From Felis catus (lineage: Eukaryota), in NCBI RefSeq assembly GCF_018350175.1, contig NC_058368.1:64234001-64298000 (forward strand): a stretch of 64,000 nt of DNA, given 5' to 3'. Both the position numbers and the translations under genes were made by a program. The notes below the pieces were generated by a model that saw nothing but the letters and a program-made list of their open reading frames with translations, was not told where the DNA came from and made no database searches. This document shows, piece after piece, positions 36,101 to 49,744 of this stretch; position 1 is the stretch's first letter, and every line of letters begins with the position of its first letter.

Positions 36101-37904
36101 GTTCACCTTCAATAGCCTAAAATAAATAGAACTATTGTTTATATTGGGTTTGGACTTGTCACTTAGTAACTAACCTTAGAGCAGCATCTGACAAATGCGT
36201 CTACAGCATGGTACTAACAATGACCTTGGAAAAGAATAGTATATTCCATGTGCATAGTAAAATGAAGATAATAAATAATACTTTGTTAACCACTGAAGAA
36301 TAGAGGTTGCTGATTTATTTAGTAATGCACGATTGTAGAGTGAGTGAAAATTCTTGGCTTCCTCAAACTTGTTTTTGCCACAAATCACCTTTATTTCAGA
36401 ATCTCAGGCATAGAGGTCAAGGAGAACTCAAAAAAATTACAAGTGGCATTTTCTTTAAAAAATGCAGTCTTTATTTTTCTTTCCAGAATTACTAAAACTA
36501 TGTAATTATTCATTTTGTAGAAATCATTTTATATTATCTATTGATGATTTTTTCCAATATAAATTATGTCAAACAGATAATACAAGTATGCATTTGTTTA
36601 TATTAATCATAGTTTCCTTGAAAAATAATAGTTCCAAATAAGCATATTAAAAGTATGTGTATTCTTTCTAAATTAAAGTTTCACCAAATTCAATTAAAAC
36701 AAAATGTTTTTAGTTTACTTTGCAAGGTGTTGATAAATGGCCCTTTAATAAATTATCCTCAATATAAGAAAGTTTACTAAAAATAACTAGCTATGTGTTT
36801 ATTCAGTGATGCTAAAAATAAATCATCTTGTATAAGGTTACTAGATTCAAATCTTTGTGACACAGAGAAAGTAATCTTGAATAATGACTATATATACTTT
36901 AATGTACATTTTATAATGCCTAATACTGAAGGATCATGATAAAGCCAAAAAGATTTTCACAAAGAAACACTTCCTGATTCTGTTCAATGTTGAAAAATAT
37001 AAACAGTTTGAAACTGTCATCTACTACAGTCTTTACACTACTGGTGAATATTATACTAAAGAGAAATGAAGTACATCTCTAAGATAAATATATTTTAATT
37101 AAGATGTGATAACTATGACTATTATTCTGATTATACACTTCCATTTCGGTGTCTAAATAATTGAGACTCATCCTGGCTGCTTGCTATTTTATTAACAAGA
37201 TTGTGTAGTGGTATCTGGATACCTAATGAAACATCTAAAATCATCATTCATTCTCTTGAAACATTATATATCACATTCGTGGATTTAAATAATAGAATTG
37301 GAATAAGAGGGTTTGTCCTTGAATGCCTATGGAATGATTTTCATTGCTTTGGCTTAGACACAGAACTGATGTTCAATCACTCAGGTGAAGAGGGAAGACT
37401 TATTAATTAAAGCTTACGAAACCTCCTAGCATGCATCCCAGATCAAGCAGGTATTCTGCAGATCTCGTGACTAAATCTGTACCATGCCAGAGGACGTAAA
37501 ATGAAGAAGCTATGGTCTCTCTGAACTAGCACAATGCTCAGTATGACTGTGTGACCAATAGAGGAAGTAAAAACTGAAATTTTTAAGAAACTATTATCAG
37601 ATACATTTTATCATGGCTTGCCTGGAGTCATGTGACGGTCAGTGAAACCAGAAACAAATCATATTTCTACCCAGGTCTATTTTTATAGCCTTTGGTTGCA
37701 AATAAACAGAATGGTTATTGAAATTGTCTCTCAGGAGGAATTGATAAAGTGGATCATGTAGAAACAAGTCAGGTATACTTTCAGCTCCTTAATGACTTCC
37801 ATATCTCTAACTAAGTACAAAGAGTATTTCATATAGGATTTTGACCAATTAAGTGCTCATCTAACTATAAATAATTAATATAAGCAACAAAGCATGTGAT
37901 CTGG

Positions 37905-38055
37905 GCCCAGAGCTTGTCAAAGTTGCTTGTGTATACAAAACACTTGGGGTCCTTGTTAAAAAGCTGAGTCTGATACAGGAGGTCTAAGGGGGGCATTGCT
38001 TGTATGCTTCTATATGATGCTCTTGCTGCTGGTCTCAGAACCATTTCTTCCATGA
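37905..38055. mobile_element. MER5-like hAT DNA transposon remnant
   Basis: 'cttgttaaaagctgagtctgatacaggaggtctaagggg...gctgctggtctcagaacca'. Confidence 0.6.
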
Positions 38056-39299
38056 GGAACAAACACGTGTACCCTTGTTTATTATATCCCTTATTTATTA
38101 GCATATCTAAAGCTTTATTAAAGTAGCATGAACTCTTAAAACACCATCTACGTGTATATGTTAGCATACCAAAAGAACATCATATACACGAAGGCATTAG
38201 GGACTATAAAAATTAGACTGGGAGTGTGGCTTACCCTATATGATTTTTGGTATCAGTCTGTTTGACTGTTTTAAGCCAAGGGTTTTCTTCCTAACACCAA
38301 AGGAGATCCACTTCCATCTTTTCATGGGGTCTGAAGCCTTCAGGTAACGCTTGCTTCAAGCAGCCTTCCATTTTGGAGCAGTGCCTCTTGTATGTGAGCA
38401 GAAATGTTTCACTTTCATCTCTACCAGTTTGTGATGAACACTGAAGAAATAGTTTGCACAAGCTCCTGACTCATGTTAAATTCCAACAGAGATAAATCAA
38501 ACTTTCATGTGAACTAAGAGGAGGGAGAGAGACTATCTATCTAAGTGGGGCAATCAGAAAATACTGCATAGGGGAGACAGGGAAAGGGCCATCTGAAAAA
38601 ACAAATTAATGGCGGTGTTTATGAGAAAGTGGCATTTGAGAAGGTGGGTGCGTGACTTAGTTTCAGCTATGGACAACAGGAAGGAAGAAGGTATCTTGTG
38701 AAGAGCGAGCATGGTGAACGGAGATTGGGGAGCTGTGAGGAGAGAGGGGAGGACCAACATTATTCAAATGTGGCTTGAAAATATCATAATGGGTTCCAAA
38801 TTCAAGAGTGAAGAGTTTGCATTTTATTCGTTAGGGAAAGACTATTACAAGTTTTTCCATGTGGTCGTTTTGTTTGAATGTGCAGTGTTATTTTTACTAG
38901 CAATACAGTGAACTGGTTAAAAAAACAAACGTGTAAATGAAGTGTAGCTTGCACAAGTAATTTACCAATTACCTTGCACACATAATTGTGCTATGCCTGA
39001 ATTTCCTTAAGATGGGGATAATGATAGTACTTTCCAAGAACATCCTGCGAGGGTTAAATAACCTAATCCGTACATAGCATTACAGGAGTGCCCCATCCAT
39101 CCCCACACTGAACCAGAAAAAGTTGTTGAGTAAGATATGTAAAAGGATTTTCCTAAATGCTTCTACCGTGAACTGGCAAGAAACAAAGGAATATTCCATA
39201 CAACCAGGTGAAGTCATAACAATAATATAGAGATAGAAACAGAGACGAATATAGATGTATAGAAATAGAGAAAAATCTATAATTACACACACATACTCA

Positions 39300-40140
39300 C
39301 ACATGCACAGTTTAAGGAAAATGACAAAATGAATTTGTATCTACTTCTCTACCCAGTCAAATAAACAGAATATTTCCATGTCTCTGTGTGCCTCTCCCTG
39401 AACACATTTCACTCCAAGAATTTACTATGATCATAAATTATATATAAATCATTCCCTTTTCCTCTTGTTAAGAGTTTTTCACCATCAATCTATGCATTTG
39501 CAAACATATATTGCTGGAGTTTGCATTCTATGTAAGTGGAATCATGTCATTTTTGTTGTTATGTGGTATGTTCCTTTCACTTAAATGTTATATTTTTGAA
39601 GTTCATCCATGATGGTGGCTGTAGATGTACTCATTTATTTTACCAAGGAATAGTGTTCTCATTTATGGGCACACACACCCGCTTATTTATTCTCTTGTTT
39701 ATGGATACTGGAGTTGATTTCAGTTTTTGGATATAGTGAATTATGTTGCCATAAACCATCTTGAACGTATCTCTTGATACACATGTATAAGAGCCTCTGC
39801 AGTATATACCTAGAAGTATCATGACAATATCTCAAAGCAAAGCATGCATATGTTAAGCTTTACTAGGAAATGTCAAACTGCTTTACAGGGTGATTGAGTC
39901 AAATTTATATGGTTAACAGCAATAAATAAGAGTTCATTATTATTTATTGCTCCCCATTGTTGCAAACGTTTTCCCCCATTGTCACTACTTTTGTGTATCT
40001 GTCCAAAGAATTGAAGTGGAAGAGTATTTTATTCTATATTAATTTCTGTTACCATGATAATTCATTGAATGGTGCTTTTTCATAGGTATATGAAATTCCT
40101 CATATACTTACTCATCTGAAATGTCTTATATGTCATTTTC
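39300..40140 (-). mobile_element. Old L1 (L1ME-like) 3' fragment
   Basis: 'tttttgaagttcatccatgatg', 'gcagtatatacctagaagt', 'gtcaaactgctttacagggtgattg'. Confidence 0.7.
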
Positions 40141-40361
40141 CTTTCTCTATAGCATTACTTATTTTCTTTGACAGATGCACTCAGGATAAAAGTCAACTTC
40201 AGTGATGTAGTTATCTACTTTACTTATCATCTTCAGGAAAGTCAGGATAGATTCTTGAATATTTCTTTTTATTTAACTAGTTTTAAGATAATGAATTGGC
40301 ACCCTCCCTTTCTCAGAAGGTGACCAATTCTTTTTTTTTTTAACACCATCAAAAAATCAGG

Positions 40362-40556
40362 TTTTTAAATGTTTATTTTTTTATTTTGATAGAAAGAGAG
40401 AGTAGGGGAGGGGCAGAGAGAGGAATAGACAGAATTCCAAGCAGGCTCCACACTGTCCACACAGAGGCTGTGGGCTTAATCCCATAAACATGGAGATCAT
40501 GGCCTGAGCCAAAATCAAGTGTTGGACGTTTAACCAACTGGGCCACCCAGGCACCC
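40362..40556 (-). mobile_element. Can-SINE
   Basis: Head ...ggccacccaggcaccc, body and tail present. Confidence 0.92.
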
Positions 40557-40616
40557 TAAAAGATTGTACAAATTAAGGTCATCACAAAAGTAGCTTTAAG
40601 AATGTTTGTGATTCAT

Positions 40617-40830
40617 GGGGCGCCTGGGTGGCACAGTCGGTTAAGCGTCCGACTTCAGCCAGGTCACGATCTCGCGGTCCGTGAGTTCGAGCCCCGCATC
40701 GGGCTCTGGGCTGATGGCTCAGAGCCTGGAGCCTGTTTCCGATTCTGTGTCTCCCTCTCTCTCTGCCCCTCGCCCGTTCATGCTCTGTGTTTCTCTGTCC
40801 CAAAAATAAATAAACGTTGAAAAAAAAAAA
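40617..40830 (+). mobile_element. Very young felid SINE (CpGs intact)
   Basis: 17-nt TSD aagaatgtttgtgattc; diagnostic 'gccaggtcacgatctcgcggtccgtgag'; intact A tail. Confidence 0.98.
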
Positions 40831-41760
40831 AAGAATGTTTGTGATTCTTATCCTTATTGAAGTCCAGATTGTCCCACATTATGCCAGTTGACCCTTCTCT
40901 GATTTGGCCTTTGAGTTCTTTTGACATGATCCTTAAAGTTTTTGCTAGTTTCATTGTCATATAATTTAAGAAAATATTCCAAACTGAGCTTGTTCATTAT
41001 CTGTCACACACATGGAATCAGTCATTTTTACATGACCCTTGGTTTGTTTTCTTAAGAAATAGTATTCTTATGGCCACAATCTAGGCATAAGACATGGTTC
41101 TTAAAGACACAGGTGATAAAAGATAAAATAATCTCCTTACTCATTTGCTTTACTCTATTTTAGATATATCATATTATCAATGTGATTACTAATATTAATA
41201 ATACTAAAACTACCGTACCAATTATGATTACTAAAGTCAGTTATATTTTGGAATATTTTATCCATATTCTAATTAAATTTTATTCACCTACTACATCTGC
41301 ACACTTCATTTATTCTTTCAGTAACTATATATGCAATGCTTACTACCAGTTCTGTCAAAATGTCTTTAATACATTTCTTACACAGGACTTATAAAGACAA
41401 TATTTCATAAATTCTTACTTGGTGATAAGAGTTTATGACCCTTTTACATGAAAGTCATTTCTGCTGGATAGAAGAATATTGGGATTTTCTTTCCTTGCAT
41501 CTCTTTAATATGCACTGATTTCTGTTCTGGGAGAAAGCATTGCTGGCAAATATTGACAGTCTAATTTTGTACTGTTTATAAATAACATATATTTTTACTC
41601 TCTCAGTGCCCAACGTCTTGTTTTCTTTAAGGTGCAGTAATGTTACTAGAATATAGCTTATAGCTTTGTGTTGGCAGTTCTGAGTTGACATTCTCAGTAA
41701 CATAATATACCTTTTAAATAATTAATATCAAATTTTTAGCAGGTTAAAATGAGTTATAGT

Positions 41761-41986
41761 CTTTTTTTAAATATTTAAATGTTTTTATTCATTTTTGAAA
41801 GACACAGAGAGACAGAGCATGAGCAGGGAAGGGGCAGAGAGAGAGAGGGAGACACAGAATCCAAAGCAAGCTCCAGGCTTTGAGCTGTCAGCACAAAGCC
41901 CGACTTGGGGCTTGAATCCACGAACTGTGAGATCATGACCTGAGTGGAAGTCAGATGCTTACCCGACTGAGCCACCCAGGCGACCC
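41761..41986 (-). mobile_element. Can-SINE (SINEC_Fc-type)
   Basis: TSD a(a/g)tgagttatagt. Confidence 0.95.
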
Positions 41987-43633
41987 AGTGAGTTATAGTT
42001 TTAAGTAATTGTTCTCTTCCCCTGTTTTGATTTGTTTTTCCTCAAGGACACCTATTATATACATTTGTTGACTTGTACTTGCTTCTTTTCAGTACATTCT
42101 TCAATACTTTTGATCTGTTGTTAAATTCATTTTTAATTTTAGATATCTACCTTTTTCCACTTTCTACTTCCCTTGTGGTATTCTAGTGGTGTTTCTTTGC
42201 TCTTACACTCCTTCAAGATTTTATTTTTAAATGGTTTTTTCTTCTCTTCTTTTTCAAAATCTCTAACCTCATTTCTGAATTTCTCTAATTCTGGTTTATG
42301 TTATTATTTGGTATCTTGTTTTTCTTTTTTTAAATGTCTTTCAGTTTTTTTGAAAATTATATGTTAAATGTTTGGTCTGATTTCTGCACGTCATTCTGGT
42401 GCGCTTTCATTGCAAAGATAGCAGCAAAATAATATTGTTATAATAACTTGTTATAGGATTTGATCTTAATCATTTTCCGATGCTTATTTGTATGTGAATT
42501 TAAATTTTCTCAATTTTTAGAAGGAGGCTTGGTTCAGATAGATTTTCTAAATGTACTAACTTCCCGGTCCTGTTGTTTTCACATAGTTGTAAAGTATGGT
42601 GGCTTCTTTTCTGAGATATTCTGGTTCCATCTCCTCCCCTACATTTACTCAGATCTTCTCTTTCCACTGACCTTGTCCCCCTAATGCTTGATTCCACTTC
42701 CAGCAGTTTCTCTTCTTTGTGGACCCCCAAATAGTAAGAAAGACCTGGTGGATTAGTTTCGAGTCAGAGGCTCCAGCCCTGCAAAAGCCTTGTATCAGGG
42801 TGTTTACACTCTCCCCCTGCTAGGGTGGGAAAAACTTCTGATTCTCTGCTGTTTGCAGATTGATTTCCAGTGAATACTAGTTGGCTTTTTTGCAGTCTTT
42901 GGTTTTCAGGCTCATAACATGCTGTGTTGCTTCCCACTGCTTTCTTCGGCAGACATGCTGACGGCATTGGGTTTAGCGACTATTGCTAATATGTCTCCAT
43001 GCATTTGTATTTTGAGGTTCGTGAGGATAATTCATGAGTTGGGCTGTAAAATGATATCATGTGATTTTGATTTTACTATCTGATTGTTCTGTCTGGTTAT
43101 TGTGTGGATCCTGAAGTTTCCAAAGCCTGTGCTGCAACAGTACTGCAAAGGTATCTTCCCTGAATCTCCCAGATCATTTGAAATTTTAAGGAAATGATAA
43201 TGCCCTTCTTTATCTTTGGTTGTATACCTTGACATACTGTATATGCCTGCCTATATGCGTACATACAAACATACATGCATACAAACGTATGTATGTTTTT
43301 CACTACTGTGTTTCTCAAATCTATACATCATTAATAGTCTTTCTGCTAATGAAATAGACTTTATTCACTTAGGGATACGAATATACCATAATGTATTGTC
43401 TGTTGTTTTCAAATTTAATGAGTCTAAGCAATGCTACAAGCAAGCTCTTTATGCATTTGAGTATAAGTTACTTGGGGTAGTAAAATTGATCTTCAAAACC
43501 ATTGTATCAATTTATGTTTACACAAGAACCAAAGAAAAACTTTTTTTTTTTTACTTTTTGCCAAAATTACATATCCTCAGACTTTTTAATTTTGCAAACT
43601 TTTAGATATAAATGTAAAAACTATACTTAGGTG

Positions 43634-44145
43634 TGCCAAATAAAAATGGCACCAGACAGAATTAAACAGGAAAGGGAGACTATTTAAAACATTTGAAATA
43701 GGAGTCAAGGCTATTGCAATCAAGGAGAGAGATTGAATTCAACTCTGCTGAAACAAAAGGTGGGAGAGTTTTTAAGCACTGGGGTGAACTAGATGAAACG
43801 TACTGGAGTTGATTAGGGAAGTGGTTGGTCAATGGGATTAGGCTATCAATGTTTGCTAACTGGCACTTGTCCAAGTTAGACTCCTATAGAGACCAGGGGG
43901 TATGGGTTCTATCTTTTAAAAAAGTTACATTTCAAAGGGATGGCTCCCAGGTCCTTGACAAAAACAGTCCTGGGTTGTAAAACTGTTAAGAGGCCGGAGA
44001 ACTTTTACATCTCCAAAGGGCAGAGGCAGGAGTTACAATAGCAAGTTTTCTAAAGTAAGGGCTCTAGGAGAGGGAGGTCAGGAACTTTGAGTCTGGAAGA
44101 AACCTGTCTCAAGTTTACATAAACTGAGGGGATCTTTTTTGGCCA
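43634..44145 (-). mobile_element. ERV1-class solo LTR (MER31-like)
   Basis: TG...CA ends; 'aaggctattgcaatcaaggagagagattgaattcaactctgctgaaacaaaagg...ttttaagcactggggtgaactag' resembles MER31 as recalled. Confidence 0.75.
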
Positions 44146-46026
44146 TGTGCATTTCACTGATTGCTAAAGTTGAGCATCACATTTTTGTTTATTGGTCATT
44201 TTGTGATTCCTTTTTTGCAAATTGCCTCCCTTCCCTTTTCTCATTTTATTACTAGGTTGATTTGAGGTATCTCATTACATGCCTAACTGATAATATTTTG
44301 TCAGTATATGAGTTGTAAGAAATCTCTTTGCTGTTTCTAGTTGTGTATGTTTTTAAAACATATGTATGTTGCTTTATACACTTAAGGTGATCAAAGTCTA
44401 GAAGGGAGACAGATATGTAAGTAAATAAACAAACTACACCATTAAAATATTTTAAAAAATGAAACAATATGAGGCACTCATTAATATGAGAATAATAAAT
44501 TTTATATTTACTTATTTAGCCAGGAATAACATCCTAAAAGTTACATCTGTACTGGTGTCCACAGGAGATCAAAAATAGTCAGGTGGGATGTGGGATAAAT
44601 TCATTCCAGACACAGCATTTACAAAAGCACAAATGTTTCAGATATCAGAATGTATTCACGATGTATTTGATCTTCCTGAAACACTGTTTTTGAGGGGGGA
44701 TGAGTCAAGAGTTTAGCAAAATAATTAGCGGTGTCTATAATTTAGGACAATATATAGTGCCTCTGTTAGTAGTTGGGGTTGTTTTATATAAGAAATGATT
44801 TGCTCAACTGAGAAGGACTCTGAAGGAAAATCCACATATTCAAGGCCCAATGCCCAAACAATATACCAAATTCCAGTGATGTTCAGGCAGCAGTTAGATG
44901 TAGATTGTGTAATCAATGAGTCCCAAACTAAACTTGTCAAATTTTCTCCTAAATCTGTGTTTTAATTTTCTGTATTTGGTAGACATGCTACCATTTATGA
45001 TCCTATCTAGCCAGAAATTCAGGAGTTATCCAAGGTTCCTCTGCTTCCTTCACTCCCCACATTTAGAAAGGCCCATTGTCTTTACGTGCTCAATTTCTCT
45101 GGAATACATTCTGTCTTTCCTATTCCCATTTCTGCTTTCTTAACTTAGGTCCTCACCATCTCTTGCCTGCACTGTTTGTATAATGCCATAATGGTCTCTT
45201 TGCTTCTATTTTCCCCATCTCTGCCCTGCTGTTAATGTAATATTTTTAAACTGACAGTCTGGTTCTTTGCTGAGATATGGTGCCCCCAGCCACCACAAAG
45301 TCATATTAGGCACAGAATCTGTCTTCTAAGAAAGGAGGCTATTTCAGCATGGAGAGCTTATGAATAGGTGAACAAATAGCTTTTAGTTATTTGTCATTTC
45401 AGACAGCCAATTTCATTTTTTTTCTGAGGAAACCCTGTTGCTTTTTACCAAATTAAACACTTTCATCGTCTCTCATATCCCAGTGAAATGAGTGGTGGTG
45501 CACAATTGTTCTGTCTTTCTTAAGACACAGGCCTCAAAAATGTAAAAACATTGTTATAGCTGCCATGCTGGTTATTTACCTGTTGTGTCTCAGCTCTAGG
45601 ACGTCCTTCTAAAAATTGTTCTGTGATTATGCAAACTACGTTTTCTAAACTCTCAACCAAATTCCCAAATTACATAAGGTCTATATATTATGTTTCCCAA
45701 ATTATCTTGCCAGCCAGTGTCCTGTTGCTTTTCTGCCAGTGAGAGATACTAAAAGGAGATCATAAGAAGGGAGAAGGGGTAAAATACTTCCTTCCTGTTT
45801 CCAATTCTTGTCAGGATTATATCCACAGAAGAGTATCATTCCCTTGCCTCCAGACACATTTAGCACTTATGGCAGCAGCTGTCTTGTAGCCCTTGGAGGA
45901 ACCTGTGTCACCTCCCTTCAATTGCACTGAGAGTCTGATACCAGCATTGTGGTACCCACAGAGGTCTGAACATGATTCGGGAAGGGCTACACCCTCATTG
46001 TCCATTCTGAGAAGTAAACTCCTGTC

Positions 46027-46242
46027 TTTTTTTTTTTAAATTGTTTAATGTTTTTATTTATTTTAGAGAGAGAAAGGGAGCTAATAGGGGAGGAGCAGAG
46101 AGAGAGAGGGAGAGAGAAGGAATCCCAAGCAGGCTTCACACTGTCAGCACAGAGCCCGATGCTTGGCTCGAATCCACAAACAACAAGATCCTGACCTGAG
46201 TCAAAAACTAATCACTTAACCCACAGAGCCACCCAGGCACCC
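46027..46242 (-). mobile_element. Can-SINE
   Basis: TSD taaactcct on both sides. Confidence 0.93.
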
Positions 46243-46377
46243 TTAAACTCCTCTTTCAAGTTTCTCTGTTCTGGATATCCTATCTCTTTCTTTCCCTCAA
46301 CCCTAAAAGTGGGAGCTACTCCTTATAGTAATTACTATGTATGGTCTTCAACATCTTTCTATTCCACTAATCTTTAA

Positions 46378-46585
46378 ATATATAATATAATATATATATG
46401 TGATATAGAAATATATATATATAAATTTTTGTAATATATACACATATATAGTACATATATATTTATATTTATATACTTATATTTATATAAATATATATAC
46501 ATGTATATAATACATATGTATTTATATATATACATATATATTTATAGTTTTATATATATGTACATATATACATATATATATATAA
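46378..46585. repeat. Degenerate (TA)n / AT-rich low-complexity tract
   Basis: Read directly. Confidence 0.93.
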
Positions 46586-47519
46586 ATTTCTTGTAATATC
46601 TCTAAAATATCTAGCTGGCTGGCATAATTCCTTGTTTGTTTTTTGAACCAGACCCTGAATGATACAGCTGGTATTCATTGTATAAAGTTAGAATAAAAAT
46701 AATATAATTATTATCTGAGAACCAAAAAAGACCTTCCTGTAGTTTTCAAAGGGATAAAACCATCACAATGTACTGTGCTGGCTAACACCTGTTTTACATT
46801 TCCTCCCAAATTCTAGAGGAAAATAATCAGGTAGAAAATGAAAAGAAATAATCCATGCTTGGACATGTTGAGGAGAAAATAAGAGGAAATAGATGTCTTC
46901 TGGGTGAGAAATACCCTGGGGGAATCAGCCCTGAAACCCCGAAGCCTTTGTTTTAAGGTGGCAGTGTGCCTGATCACCCTGAGTTGATTTGAAGCTCTGA
47001 GTGTCAGTGAAACCACTATGTGAAACTATCTTTGAGGACAGTTCTAAGGAACTTCCACGGAACTCATTGTTCAGGGCTGGGAAAGGTTGACGCTGGGCAG
47101 TTAAAACATACATACACACATAATAACTAGCAAACAGGGCTGGCAGTTCCAAGGTACCAAATTTTGTTGGTTCTTGAAAACAAATTCTAAGTCTCTTTCT
47201 TTTACTATTATTAATTGCAGGGCTTCCGAGATTTGGAATAGTTGAATTAACTCTCTAAGATACAGTCAAACACTTCTTCAACACCCTGTATATTTACCAG
47301 ATATATATTTCTGAAGTAGGATTCCATTCCTGCACCCAGCACCAAAACTTTTATTAGTTCCTGTGGCCCACCCAATAATATAGTTTTATATATGAGTTAC
47401 ATTAACTATAATAGGTTGTAAGATCTTGAGGGTAAGTTAGGCAGCACCCATTAAAAGGTGCTCTTTACAGGCATCTTTCCACACATCACAGCACTCTTTT
47501 TGATCATGGAGTATGCAAT

Positions 47520-47682
47520 TTCCATCAGAATGATCCCTGTGCTTGTTTAAAATGCAGATTTTAACAATGTAGAATTCCACCCCAGAATATTGAATCAACA
47601 TTTCCATGGTAGAACCCAGAAATTTATATTTAGCGAGCATAATAAATAATAATTATTCCCAATAAAGCTTGAGAACAACTGC
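47520..47682. mobile_element. MER5A-like DNA transposon remnant
   Basis: 'catcagaatgatccctgtgcttgtttaaaatgcagatt...agcttgagaacaactg'. Confidence 0.7.
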
Positions 47683-48569
47683 CTCACAGTCCTTACAACA
47701 ATGCCTCCAAACATACGACATTTAATGAATGTGCTCTGAATTGCATGAATGGGTATGAGTATAAGCTATGTGTCTCTGAGACACATCTTAATTAACATTA
47801 AAACTTGGGTTTTTTAATGACTTGAAAATATTGACATTAATTTTAGTCAAGAATATTAACTGGAAACCAAAATGAATATAAATATGTTCACACTTAAAAG
47901 CCCATAGCTGTTAAATATAGAATGCATTTGATCAGCATAGTTTTCTTCCACAGCTATCAGTATTTGTGAATTATATGAATAACTTTCATATCTTCGCACA
48001 GTAGAGACCTGACATAGGAATTTTTGCATTAGGTTAATATGATATTTTGAGTGAAAATTAATAAGTCAAAGGTAATTATTTGAGTGCTAATTGTTAAATT
48101 GGATTGCAAAGCCCTGAACTTAAGAGTGTAATTTTCTAGATTAATGTGTAATGTCTCAATTTTGGAAGATATATTAACACAGTTTGTATTGCTTGGGGGT
48201 ATTTTTTGGTCTATTATGGTTGGCCTCCTCTAATTTCAAAATATAAATAACTACACTTATTTATTAAATAGTATACATAATTATTTCAAGTTCTTGGTAT
48301 ATTTTTGCAAAATAGTATAGATTTTGTATCATAGCATTTCTCAGGGAAACTATTATTAGTGTTACCTTTATGATACAACTACATTTGGTGGAATCTTATT
48401 TATTTATTTTTCCTGAAATTTAAATTACATTAGTGAGCTCAAAGGGGAATAGCATAACACTAATTTAATACAAATTTTAAACTCCAAATTAAATTTGAGT
48501 CACTAATTGCTTTTTCTTTATACTCCCAACCCATAAAACCAGTCTTTTCTTTGATATTAACCCCTTACC

Positions 48570-49150
48570 TCTCAATCCATCTATCCACTCATTTATTCAT
48601 TGAACAAATACTTACCTGGTACTTATTCTGTACTAGTCAGTGTGCAAATTTCTGCCTCTGGGGAATACAGATCAGTAATCAGGAAATTACAGTGCAGTAT
48701 GAAGAACTTTATTTGTGGGAAAACAGATCTTATGGGAACATAAAGGAAAGCTATCTTACACCGTCTTAGGGATCATGGTAAGTTTTCTCAAAGGAATTGA
48801 AATATAATCTGCTGCTGGAGAAACAGTTATTAATAGGCTTATAAATAGCCAGGAGGATAATCACTACAGGATGAGGAAGCAAGAGCAGAAACCTGATAAC
48901 TCAAAAAAGCTGAGCATCATTAGAAAACTGCAGGGAATCCCAGAATGTTGTAATATACGATGTAGCCTAGGGATTGGCATAAACTAACTCATGAATCACT
49001 TACCCATAACATGCTACACCAAAAATTAGTTCACTGATCAATTTGCACTCTGGCAAGAGCTCTGTAATTGCAGGGTTAAAAATACATCTGGAGAGAGTTG
49101 GTACTGCCGTAATACAGGCATGAAATGTTGATGACATAAATGAAAATCAA
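48570..49150 (-). mobile_element. L2 3' fragment
   Basis: 'ccatctatccactcatttattcattgaacaaatacttacc' is a reversed L2 tail. Confidence 0.55.
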
Positions 49151-49744
49151 ATATTTTTTTTCTTGTGGCGATTTCTCCACCTCTTCAAGTGAACTTGGTC
49201 ACTCTCTTCTAACTTAACATTATGCCTGTTTCTATTATTACACTGTAGTTTACTTATTTATGTTTTATTTCTTCTGGGACCATGAGTTTCTAAAAATGGT
49301 AGCCATGTCTTATTCATCTTTGTATCCTTGGAATCAAATATGGTGCATGAGCCAAGACATTCAGAAAATCTTTGTTGAGTTAGTGTATGGATACGTGAAA
49401 GAGTGAAGAAAAGTATTTTGAAGTCTTTATGGAAAATATAGGAATATAAAGTCACACTAGAATAAAATTGGAGTAGAAAAAACAAGAGTTATGGGTATAA
49501 GTGGCAAAGTTATGATGTTTAATGAAACAAATTAATGGAATTTTTCTATTGAATATTTCTACTGACTGTTTCCTTAACATGCAGATGATCAACACTCCTA
49601 TCATATACTTTGTAGGGCTTATTGTATTTTGGGAGCTGTTGGTGTCTTTGAAGATACCTGTCATCACCACACAGTGTTCCTATATGTAGGCTCAGCAAAA
49701 CATGCTCAAGGTCAGTGAACAATGGCAAGAATAGTAAACATTTT

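Noticed and set aside
41400..43100. T-rich region possibly HAL1/L1M in antisense
   Set aside because: Too degraded to assign family or boundaries without a search.
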